IMG/VR virus record: IMGVR_UViG_3300008255_000111
Span: 1 to 64,000 of that record
Strand: one strand, 5' to 3'
Origin: a virus
DNA length: 64,000 nucleotides
Numbering within the stretch: position 1 is the stretch's first letter; every line of letters begins with the position of its first letter. The position numbers and the translations under genes were made by a program. A model generated the notes under the pieces. The model saw only the letters and a program-made list of their open reading frames with translations. It ran no database searches and was not told where the DNA came from. Of this stretch, positions 18,490 through 26,682 are shown piece by piece.

Positions 18490-18975
18490 TCATTTTCTAG
18501 CTGAATCGAGCCCGTAGACGATTAGGATGGTGGTCGCCACGCCAAGGGCAAACCCCATCTCTCCCCTGTATCGGTTGAACCAGCCCGACTGCGCTTCGCG
18601 CTCAGCTTTAAGCTGCTCGTCAGACCACTTCAGATACTTATCGGCCACCTGATTGCTTACCTCACCAGACCGCCAGTTGAACAAGGCGATCGAATACGCC
18701 TCGTCCATGTAGATGCGCTGCTTTGCCACGGAAAGCGCCTGCCCTTGAGTAAGGCAGACGCCTCCTTGTGGTAGCCCAAGCGTCAACATCGCCTCGCGCT
18801 CCTGGGCAGTGTAGGGCTCAGCGGGAAGGCCCACAGCGCCGCCTTGACCATCACTGACGGGCGGAGGCTTCGGCTTCATGAAGCTGACGACCACAGGAGG
18901 CTGTGAGGGCTTTGGTGTGGGTGTGCTGCAACCCCACATAAGGGCGAAGATGAGCGTAATCGACTGAAGTTTCAT
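18490..18975 (-). CDS. lipoprotein with C-terminal TM (unimolecular spanin candidate)
   Basis: lipobox LMWG-C, Pro-rich linker, C-terminal GFALGVATTILIVYG. Confidence 0.6.
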   Translation of the reverse strand: MKLQSITLIFALMWGCSTPTPKPSQPPVVVSFMKPKPPPVSDGQGGAVGLPAEPYTAQEREAMLTLGLPQGGVCLTQGQALSVAKQRIYMDEAYSIALFNWRSGEVSNQVADKYLKWSDEQLKAEREAQSGWFNRYRGEMGFALGVATTILIVYGLDSARK

Positions 18976-18986
18976 GAGAGCGCCTA

Positions 18987-19808
18987 CTATGGGGCTTGCG
19001 AGCGCACAAGCGCGATCGTTTGAGAGCTGGGGTGTCGGATCAGCCTACACAGATCGGACGGCCATGTGATCTGATTATAGCGGTCCTGATCGTCAACCCC
19101 AAGTAAGCGCAGCTCGCTCAGCTTCTTTTCCAGTACAAGCCATCGCTGACCTTGCGTGATGACCACGCTTCCTTCCTTCATGACACGAGCTGCAATCGAT
19201 TGCAGACGCTTAGCCCTGCGCCAGTCGCCCCGCGCTGAGACGCGAACGGAAAACGGCTCAACAATCCACAGCCCACGACAAAGCTCAATGGCTCCATCGG
19301 GCAGGCCCGCAGAACCATCATCAGCCAAGATCCAGCGCTTTCGGTGCTCGCCACAGTAGAGGTAGGTGTTGCCTGACGACTTGAGGATGCAACCCACGGC
19401 AAGATCCATCCTGTCAGCGCGCGGCATGTCAGCGATGATCAGACCGAGCCCAGCAGCTTGCACGTCGTCGTAAAGCTCAAGGTGCTCAGCCCAGAAGTCG
19501 CCATCGGATGACCAAGAGATGCGGCTCAGCTCTTTCACAAAGAGCGGCTTGATTCTATTGCGGCGCCCAAAAACAGCCGCATGGTGAGAGATGAAAGCGG
19601 GCAGCTCATCGTCACCACTCATCTTCACGCCAACATAGACCCACGATCCATCTTCACCAGCAAGCTCGGCCCTCGCCCCAAAGTAAGGCACGGAACCAAA
19701 GCGCTCGTAGTAGCGCATCAAAAACATGACAGCCTCAAACTTGAAGGGCTGGCAACGTTGCCAGCACTTCAAGTTAAGCTCAGTGCGAGGCGCCTGACAA
19801 GAGGTCAC
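18987..19808 (-). CDS. hypothetical protein
   Basis: GTGA overlap with the upstream gene; carries the palindrome in-frame (LQSIA). Confidence 0.6.
   Translation of the reverse strand: MTSCQAPRTELNLKCWQRCQPFKFEAVMFLMRYYERFGSVPYFGARAELAGEDGSWVYVGVKMSGDDELPAFISHHAAVFGRRNRIKPLFVKELSRISWSSDGDFWAEHLELYDDVQAAGLGLIIADMPRADRMDLAVGCILKSSGNTYLYCGEHRKRWILADDGSAGLPDGAIELCRGLWIVEPFSVRVSARGDWRRAKRLQSIAARVMKEGSVVITQGQRWLVLEKKLSELRLLGVDDQDRYNQITWPSDLCRLIRHPSSQTIALVRSQAP
19190..19205. repeat. 16-bp palindrome (intragenic)
   Basis: CTGCAATCGATTGCAG. Confidence 0.95.
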
Positions 19809-20782
19809 TCAAGCTCGTTGAACATTAAGCCCTGCTGATGAAACACGTTAGAGACGCGCTGCATCACGGCGCTCAAGGTGCTCTTGTTGTCAAGGTCGAT
19901 CACTCGGCAGCTCACCATCGAGCTTGGACCCTCGGGGTAGACCAGCGTGAACACCATGCCATAAGAGCGCCCGTAAGGCAGGAGGTCGATGCTTAAGGTG
20001 CCCTGGTTCGTACTCAGCTCAACGCTGGTTGTATTGCCAGAGCGTCGCACGCTGCCACTCGACAAGACATGCGCCATCGGCAGCGTGTACTGAGGCAGCA
20101 TTTCGACGATCGCGTCCACATAAGACTGGAGCACGGCGCCAAGGTCGTTCACGTCAACGTCCTTCATCCAGTTGGCGACGAACGAGTCGTCAGGCGGATC
20201 GCCGCCCTTATTCTCGAACATCATCCCCTGGTCCATGCACATCTTGCGCAGGTCGTTCACCTTGGACACGCTCAAGCCGACCTTGCTTGCGATGGTGCTC
20301 GGGGATGCGCCGCCCTTAAGCATGTTCAGCGCGCTGTTGGCGTTCTCGGCGGAGATCCCAAGCATCTTGGCCAGCTTGGGAACGCTTGGCGTCGGGTTGG
20401 GGTTGGCCTTGTCAGGCTCAGGCCCAAGGAACTTCATCACCTCCCTCGCCTCACCGATGACCATGATGGTCCGCCCATTCTTCTCGGCAAAAGAGAAGGT
20501 TTCGGCCCCCTTGGTCATCTCAACGACGTTGCGAGCCGTGGACCCTAAAGACGAGTAGCCTGCGTGCTTGAGACGACCAGTCACCTCGGCCAAGCCCTTC
20601 CTGAAGATGATCGCCTCGCCGCGTCCAAGATGGTGCTTGACGCGCGCATCGAGCCCATACAGGCCGACGCTTTCGACGATACCGTCCATCTTGGAGTGCT
20701 TCTTGTCCTTGTCTTTGCCCTTACCCTCGTCGCCACCCTCAAGCTCTGCTTCGATCTGCTCTAACAAACCCATTTGATTCAC
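19805..20782 (-). CDS. HTH-containing protein, putative internal head protein
   Basis: GASPSTIASKVGLSVSKVNDLRK HTH; LLEQIEAELEG N-terminus. Confidence 0.55.
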   Translation of the reverse strand: MNQMGLLEQIEAELEGGDEGKGKDKDKKHSKMDGIVESVGLYGLDARVKHHLGRGEAIIFRKGLAEVTGRLKHAGYSSLGSTARNVVEMTKGAETFSFAEKNGRTIMVIGEAREVMKFLGPEPDKANPNPTPSVPKLAKMLGISAENANSALNMLKGGASPSTIASKVGLSVSKVNDLRKMCMDQGMMFENKGGDPPDDSFVANWMKDVDVNDLGAVLQSYVDAIVEMLPQYTLPMAHVLSSGSVRRSGNTTSVELSTNQGTLSIDLLPYGRSYGMVFTLVYPEGPSSMVSCRVIDLDNKSTLSAVMQRVSNVFHQQGLMFNELE

Positions 20783-20807
20783 CTTGGTTCTTGCGCGACC
20801 AGCTCGG

Positions 20808-21113
20808 TCACAGGTTATTATCGATCCACCTTGCTATCATCTTTGCGCGCTCTCGTGTGTCAGGCTCGGATTGAATGATCTCAACCTCGATCTTTTGACG
20901 CTCAGTGACAGCTTCGCGGCGAGCTTGGTTGATCTTAATGTCAACCTGAGCCGCCGCTGCTTCTTCCTTCGCCCGATCGCGCAAGTTGGTTGGCTTAGGG
21001 TGCGTCGGCGTGGAGGGCTCAGGCCGCTTCCTTACCAGGAACATTAAGCCCGTCAAGAGGCCCGCTACAAGCAGCCACCAGTATTTCTTCACCCTAAGCC
21101 AAATCGCCTTCAT
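20808..21113 (-). CDS. N-terminal TM plus coiled coil (i-spanin-like)
   Basis: KKYWWLLVAGLLTGLMFLVRKR then a helical region; adjacent to the holin. Confidence 0.5.
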   Translation of the reverse strand: MKAIWLRVKKYWWLLVAGLLTGLMFLVRKRPEPSTPTHPKPTNLRDRAKEEAAAAQVDIKINQARREAVTERQKIEVEIIQSEPDTRERAKMIARWIDNNL

Positions 21114-21124
21114 ACTCTAGCCCT

Positions 21125-21568
21125 TTAAGATTCCAACTGCTGTTGCTTCGCCTCATCTGGCAGCTCAGGCAAGGCAATCATAGGCGTGACTCGCTTGGTG
21201 AACAACTTTGCTTCCAAGCGCTGAGCTAGAATCTCAGATTTGGCCTGAACAAGATAGTCAAGCTCAAGCTCTTTGCCGCGCTGCCTCAAGTAGTCCACAC
21301 CTATCTCGACCTTAGATGCCCCCATCGCATCCTTGAAGCTCATGTTGTCCTTGAGCGCTTTCCTGGCTTGCTCCTCGACGTAGGCCACAGCGTCGAGCAC
21401 GACTTTATCGATCTGAGCCCGCTGTTCCTGCGTCCACTTCAGATCAAGCCAGTCCTCTAGCGCAAGCACAAGGCGGCGCGCGAGGACCAAGATGAACGGG
21501 CTCAAGAACAAGACCAAGAGCGGCACGACAAGATCCGCCAGCAGCACCTTCACGATTTCGTTATCCAC
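21125..21568 (-). CDS. holin, LL-H-family-like
   Basis: single N-terminal TM; IDKVVLDAVAYVEEQARK motif; AGGAGG RBS. Confidence 0.65.
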   Translation of the reverse strand: MDNEIVKVLLADLVVPLLVLFLSPFILVLARRLVLALEDWLDLKWTQEQRAQIDKVVLDAVAYVEEQARKALKDNMSFKDAMGASKVEIGVDYLRQRGKELELDYLVQAKSEILAQRLEAKLFTKRVTPMIALPELPDEAKQQQLES

Positions 21569-21647
21569 AGCATCCTCCTATGGCTTAGGTTGGTGAGCGC
21601 ATCAAGCGCCACTTTAACCCAAAGCCATAAACGGACAAACGCACCAA

Positions 21648-21663
21648 CTGCAATCGATTGCAG
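21648..21663. repeat. 16-bp palindrome
   Basis: CTGCAATCGATTGCAG just after the stop of 21666..22292. Confidence 0.95.
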
Positions 21664-21665
21664 CG

Positions 21666-22292
21666 TTAAGACTTGCGCTTGTGGAGGTCATAGCCGACCA
21701 AACGCCCGGAGGTAATGTCGACAGCGATCTGGATCGCCCTAGCCTGCGCAGCAGCTCCTCGCCACGGCGCCATCATAAAGAAGTAGCCTCCCGAGGTCAT
21801 GATCTTGGCGATCCTATTGATCTGCTCGTCGCTGATCTCACCATAACGCTCAAAGTCCACCATCATCGTCTGCGTGTATCCGCGCCACTCCCACTCAGCC
21901 CTCATGGTGTAGAGCGTGGGAAAGAACAGCACATAGCTCAGCGGGAACCAGACGGGGTGTGCCTCGCGGTCAAGCATGTGAGCCATCTCATGACGCAAGA
22001 TGCCATAGAGCACGCCCTCGAAGTTGGGGTCTTCGACGTAGCGCCTTGAGGGCAACCACACCTCGTTACCAAACACAGTGACATAGTGCTTATCGAAGTC
22101 GCGGTGAAAGCGTCCTCGGCTCAGAAAGCCCATCACAGCATAGAGCGCCTTAACAAAGCACACTGCCACGCGGTAGTGAATGGCGAGCCCGGCATAACCA
22201 TCGGATTTGAAGCGCAGACTAAAGCCACTAAAGCGCTTCTCCATGAGCCTTTGGAGGCCCGCTGCATCTTTTGGCAACCCTGAATAGGACAT
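21666..22292 (-). CDS. zincin-like metallopeptidase (HEXXH)
   Basis: YVTVFGNEVW; ILRHEMAH; RAEWEWRGY. Confidence 0.7.
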   Translation of the reverse strand: MSYSGLPKDAAGLQRLMEKRFSGFSLRFKSDGYAGLAIHYRVAVCFVKALYAVMGFLSRGRFHRDFDKHYVTVFGNEVWLPSRRYVEDPNFEGVLYGILRHEMAHMLDREAHPVWFPLSYVLFFPTLYTMRAEWEWRGYTQTMMVDFERYGEISDEQINRIAKIMTSGGYFFMMAPWRGAAAQARAIQIAVDITSGRLVGYDLHKRKS

Positions 22293-22359
22293 AAAAAAAC
22301 CCCGCGTAGTCATAGCGACTACACGAGGTTAGCTCAGAGGTCGGCCAAAACAAACGGTT

Positions 22360-23331
22360 CTAGATCGTAAACTCTAGCACCGTGCCCTCGATCAAGTGAC
22401 GCTCGATCCAAGAGGCGAGCGCGTAATTGATCGCGTCAGAGTAAAGTGTGAGGGGCGCCGATCCAAGATCGACATCCTCATCACTCGCCATGTCCTCAAG
22501 CTCAGCTTCAGGGTTGTTGCCGCTCAAGATTGAGCGAAGGATGCTAAATAGCACCATGCCGGGCTCGGCCTTAATCTGGTAGATGCCCCCATCATAGCAG
22601 ACGTGACAGCTCTCGCCATCGCCACCCGCGACAACGTCGTCAACCTCAAGAAGATCGAAGTCAACGCCGATGAAATCTGGCATCTTCAGGCGCTTGGCGA
22701 GCATCTGTTGGAACTGCGCGTTAAGGCCGCACGCCAAGCCCACACAGTAGAGGTGGTTCTGAGCGACCTCAGTAAAGGTCGACTTGTGCGCCTCAACCTT
22801 GCTGGCGCCGATCGTAGCACCGCCGAGGGTGTATGACGCTAAGCCCCTAACGCTAATGCGATCGGGATCGTCAAGCGCTTGGCACAGGATCAAGATCCTG
22901 TTGATCATATCCAGGCGCGACCCTGGCATAAACGGCTGGTTGGGGCGAGAGATCACAATGTTAGGCTTAAAGCCATCTCGCGGCACAGGACCAGCAAGAT
23001 TAAGCGTGACGACTGTGTTGCCTGTGCAAGTGTGCCAAACCACGCGCGTCTGCGCGCGCGCCTCAAAGCCGTGCCCGGCGTGGACATAGTTTGTGCCCTC
23101 CTCGATCGAGGGCACAAACGGCACATGATAACCATTATCACGCGCCGCCCACTGCTGGTACGCCTGCGACAAGCACTGGAGCATGTCATTGACCACATGC
23201 TTAGGGCTCGGGTGAGGCCCCTGGGGGATGATGCCAAGGGCCGTGACCTCGTGGCGAAAGAGCTTCCTCATAAGCTCAAAGCAGATTGCGGCAGCACTAG
23301 CGGTGTGAAACTGGAACAATTGATCAGACAT
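22360..23331 (-). CDS. hypothetical protein
   Basis: 323-aa ORF, GGAG RBS, own promoter. Confidence 0.7.
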   Translation of the reverse strand: MSDQLFQFHTASAAAICFELMRKLFRHEVTALGIIPQGPHPSPKHVVNDMLQCLSQAYQQWAARDNGYHVPFVPSIEEGTNYVHAGHGFEARAQTRVVWHTCTGNTVVTLNLAGPVPRDGFKPNIVISRPNQPFMPGSRLDMINRILILCQALDDPDRISVRGLASYTLGGATIGASKVEAHKSTFTEVAQNHLYCVGLACGLNAQFQQMLAKRLKMPDFIGVDFDLLEVDDVVAGGDGESCHVCYDGGIYQIKAEPGMVLFSILRSILSGNNPEAELEDMASDEDVDLGSAPLTLYSDAINYALASWIERHLIEGTVLEFTI

Positions 23332-23374
23332 GGCTTAGCTCCGTGTTGGGTTGGGTTGCATCGCTGACAGGTGG

Positions 23375-23430
23375 ATACTCACGGCAACAACCATCAAGCG
23401 CAAGGGTTTTTAGGCGCTGATGGTGCTTTT
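23375..23430 (-). promoter_or_regulatory. promoter with GCACCATC box
   Basis: box 23419-23430; TTGCGC(23398-23403)-N17-GAGTAT. Confidence 0.65.
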
Positions 23431-23438
23431 TCAATGAG

Positions 23439-23465
23439 AAGGGCTTGGTCGTTTACCAAGCCCTT
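23439..23465 (-). terminator. intrinsic terminator
   Basis: AAGGGCTTGGT-CGTTT-ACCAAGCCCTT. Confidence 0.6.
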
Positions 23466-23504
23466 ACATAGAGGATAGCCATCGGCGCGCAGTGACGCTT
23501 ATCG

Positions 23505-24059
23505 TCACTTAATGCCGTATTTCTCTAGAATTTTGAGCTTTGCGTCGTCACTAAGCTGCTTGGGCCGCGCGCCCTTCTTCAAGATCATCTCCTTCTCGTT
23601 GGAGTAGCGCGCGTTGTTCATCTCATTCTCGGGCGTGGCATAGTAGGTGAGCACATCAGACGACTTCACCTCGTAGGCGGTGAGGTTGTCAGCGCGCAGC
23701 GACGCGTAAACGCTCACAGGCACCTCGGCGTGCAGCGACTGCCCTCCAAGGTCAGTTGGTGCAGATTGACCTCGGGCGCTCCAACGCCAACCTATGATCG
23801 TCGAGCTGCCGATCGCCTTCCTGTTCTCCTTATCGAGCGCCGCCACGAGATCCGGGTGGAACTTGTCGTAGACGGCGAACAACTCTTTCTTGCCGCTGCT
23901 CGGGCTCTCCTGCCAAATCGCGAGGGGTCGCTTTAGAAGTCGGATCGCCCAGGTGTAAGCGGGGATGCCCATCAGCTCCCACATCTTGACCTCAGCCGCC
24001 TCGTTTATTGGTGCAGGATCGCTTAGCCAGCGATTCATTCTCTCCAAAAGATCAGACAT
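23505..24059 (-). CDS. putative ADP-ribosyltransferase-fold protein, head-packaged candidate
   Basis: IIGWR...GQSL...AYEVKSSDVLTY...NEKEMIL (R-S-ExE order); LLERMNRWL...INEA leader. Confidence 0.5.
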   Translation of the reverse strand: MSDLLERMNRWLSDPAPINEAAEVKMWELMGIPAYTWAIRLLKRPLAIWQESPSSGKKELFAVYDKFHPDLVAALDKENRKAIGSSTIIGWRWSARGQSAPTDLGGQSLHAEVPVSVYASLRADNLTAYEVKSSDVLTYYATPENEMNNARYSNEKEMILKKGARPKQLSDDAKLKILEKYGIK

Positions 24060-24120
24060 AGCGCTCTCCTTGACGCGTGGTAAATCGACATTTCCATATC
24101 ACAGCACAATGCGTCTTCAA

Positions 24121-24396
24121 TCAAGGTCGGGAGAGGGTCTAGCTGCCTTTCTGACGCAATCAAGCCAACGGACTGTGGGTCAGCCCCCAATATCTTGAAC
24201 CATCACGGCGCGCATCAGCTTGACCATTAGACTCAAGATCAATCAGCGCGAACAGCTCAGCGTCAGACACAAAGCGGGAGGACACCTGCGTGTCCGTCCT
24301 CACCTCGTGAATGACCTGCGCCCAAGCCACAACTTCAGCGTGGCTCGGCGGCAAATCATCAAACATCATCAGACCTGACTTCAGGGGCAACGGCAC
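24121..24396 (-). pseudogene. truncated lytic transglycosylase (SLT-like) fragment
   Basis: FALIDLESNGQADARRDGSRYWGL, then an abrupt stop before the expected Q and the rest of the domain. Confidence 0.55.
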
Positions 24397-24405
24397 GGGC
24401 CGCTG

Positions 24406-24894
24406 TCATTCATCCTCATCAAAGAGGTGGAAGGTTGCTTCAGCATAAGCCGCGCAGAACGACTCAAAGTCAAAGCACGAGAAGCGAGCCTGCTGCTCGG
24501 GTGTGAGGCTATTAGGCTCTCCAAAGGTGAGGCTCTTAAACACAACCCAGAGCGCTGTGAGGTCTTCGTCCTCCTGATCACCCACATGCTCAGACCAAGC
24601 CTCCTCAAAGGCGGTCGCGCTGCTTTGCCCACCTGCCAGCTCGACCAAGCGGGCTGAGTAATGACCTACCGTGGTAAAGTAAAGCTCGTCACCAGAAGAC
24701 ATGACCACCTTGAGCCATGCCATTTCGCAGGGCTCGCGCTTGACCGACTCAATCAGGCTTGGCCTGATCATGGTGCCGGGGATCACCTCAACCAAGCCTG
24801 CGACCTGCTTCGCGCGATCGACAGTGCTAAGGGTTTCTTGCATCTTCCTGACGCTTTCTTTGATGATCTCATCAAAGTGAGGGTCGTTTGCCAT
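24406..24894 (-). CDS. hypothetical protein
   Basis: AGGAG RBS before MANDP. Confidence 0.65.
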   Translation of the reverse strand: MANDPHFDEIIKESVRKMQETLSTVDRAKQVAGLVEVIPGTMIRPSLIESVKREPCEMAWLKVVMSSGDELYFTTVGHYSARLVELAGGQSSATAFEEAWSEHVGDQEDEDLTALWVVFKSLTFGEPNSLTPEQQARFSCFDFESFCAAYAEATFHLFDEDE

Positions 24895-24915
24895 CTCTTT
24901 GCTCCTGTTGGTGAA

Positions 24916-24931
24916 CTGCAATCGATTGCAG
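24916..24931. repeat. 16-bp palindrome
   Basis: between a stop codon and the next RBS. Confidence 0.95.
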
Positions 24932-24933
24932 CT

Positions 24934-25593
24934 CTAGCGCGGGTTGTCGGAAAGGCTGCCCACCATAACAGAGAAGTGAGCAGGCGAGAAGTTTGTGTGA
25001 GAGTCTTCCAAGCTCTCGCACAAGGGCGGGTGTTTGCCATCAGCATAGAGCGCATCAAGCAGCATAACCTTCATCACCTCGGCCCTCAAGTTGACTTCAT
25101 TACAGGTCGCCTGCTCGACAAGAACGTCGATGATGGCTTTTCTCTCGCGGCCATCAAAACTATGTGGATCGCGCAGGCTGTTCATGGCTTGCTTTAGGTC
25201 GGCCTTCAGCTCGTCAGTATTCATCAAGAACGCAGCACTTGAGAACTCTAGCTTGTTTGGCGCGATCACGATGTAGTCTCGGTTGGCCAGCGACAGCCTC
25301 AAGCCAAAGCGCTTATGGTGGTTATTTGTTTCCCAACGCCCAGCCATCCGATCATTCCTCATTGACGATGACCTGCGATTGATCGTCTCGATCGAGACGA
25401 TCTGATTAGGCATGACCAGCACGTCGCCCAAGAGCGCGGGCTGGGTGATCGACCTCTTATCGTGATGATCAAGGTAGGGGTAAAGCAGCTTCGGGCTGCC
25501 TGAGTTGAAGACGCGCACGACGGCATTGAAGACCTCGCCATAAGACTCGATCTCCTCCATTGGCCTATACTTTGTCATCGGAAGCCTTCTCAA
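24934..25593 (-). CDS. hypothetical protein
   Basis: ORF in an overlapping gene string. Confidence 0.65.
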   Translation of the reverse strand: MRRLPMTKYRPMEEIESYGEVFNAVVRVFNSGSPKLLYPYLDHHDKRSITQPALLGDVLVMPNQIVSIETINRRSSSMRNDRMAGRWETNNHHKRFGLRLSLANRDYIVIAPNKLEFSSAAFLMNTDELKADLKQAMNSLRDPHSFDGRERKAIIDVLVEQATCNEVNLRAEVMKVMLLDALYADGKHPPLCESLEDSHTNFSPAHFSVMVGSLSDNPR

Positions 25594-25973
25594 AAGGGGG
25601 CTGCGTGCTTTTGGATCATCTTAATGAGAAAAACCCTGGGCAGGGTGCGCAGCTTGTCATAGTGAATGGCGGCGGACGCCACCTCGCGGATGACTTTCCA
25701 GTCGTTGTCCCAGAGCGCATCAGCCTTGTTGGGCTCAGCGGTGGCGAAGTCATGCACAAGGCGCCAAACCTCAGAAGCGATCTCATCGTCAGGAAAGGCC
25801 CAGCGCTCACCACGCGACTCTTTCTCGACCTCAGTGATTAAGCGCGCCTTATTGGACGGTCTAGCAGGAAGATCAAAGACAGACTCACCCGGCTCTAGCA
25901 GCTCCTCCTCAAGCTCAAGCGTCTCAACTGGACGATGCGCCATCAGGATGTCGTCGTCTTCGAGCATGATCAC
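25590..25973 (-). CDS. hypothetical acidic protein
   Basis: AGGAGG RBS, GTGA overlap. Confidence 0.65.
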   Translation of the reverse strand: MIMLEDDDILMAHRPVETLELEEELLEPGESVFDLPARPSNKARLITEVEKESRGERWAFPDDEIASEVWRLVHDFATAEPNKADALWDNDWKVIREVASAAIHYDKLRTLPRVFLIKMIQKHAAPF

Positions 25974-26197
25974 GACCTCCTGGCGGCGCGCCCTCGGCGC
26001 TCGTCGCGCAGCTCGCTCAAGATCGCCTGATCGTTCAAGCGGCGTCGGCGCTCACTTGGCATAGGTTGCGCGGGCCTTGGCACTGGCGCCGCCTTAATGT
26101 CTACCTGGGGCTTGGGGGTGCTCGCTTGTTGGATCTGCGAGCTGTCCATCGAAAGCGCAAAAAGCAGCGCGGTGATCCCGTACATCTCTAACCTCAC
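25970..26197 (-). CDS. small protein with Arg-rich C-terminus
   Basis: overlap-coupled ORF. Confidence 0.5.
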   Translation of the reverse strand: MRLEMYGITALLFALSMDSSQIQQASTPKPQVDIKAAPVPRPAQPMPSERRRRLNDQAILSELRDERRGRAARRS

Positions 26198-26241
26198 TGG
26201 TTTGTTGTCATGGAAGTCGATCGGAGCATAGCAATCATGCG

Positions 26242-26661
26242 TCAGCTTGACGAGCCGAACTCCTCCTCATGGCATTTAAGCCAGCGCCTCAGCGTGCTCT
26301 CAGCCACACCATGCAGCTTCGCGATGTGGCGCTTGGAGTAACCCTCACTGAGCAGCCTGCGCGCGGTGCGGCAGATGTAGACGACATCGCGGCGGCGCCT
26401 CACTGCGCGCTTAGGAGCGGGGCTCGGCGCCTCTTTCTTGACAAGTCGAGCTGCCTTGACTGCGACAAGATCCAGGTAGATCCCAAGCCCGCTCTCATCA
26501 GAAAGCTCGACCTTGAGCTGTCGCGTTACTTCAACGACCTGAAAGCGGTGCGGGCCGCCTGCTCCTGGCACCATAATCATGTCACCAACGCGAGGCGTGG
26601 CAGACGAAAACGTCTGGCGCGCATGATCCGGCAATCCATGTCCTACCAATGTCCAAGACAT
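26242..26661 (-). CDS. HTH DNA-binding protein
   Basis: LLSEGYSKRHIAKLHGVAESTLRRWLK. Confidence 0.75.
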   Translation of the reverse strand: MSWTLVGHGLPDHARQTFSSATPRVGDMIMVPGAGGPHRFQVVEVTRQLKVELSDESGLGIYLDLVAVKAARLVKKEAPSPAPKRAVRRRRDVVYICRTARRLLSEGYSKRHIAKLHGVAESTLRRWLKCHEEEFGSSS

Positions 26662-26682
26662 AACACTCCTTCGGGCTTCGCC

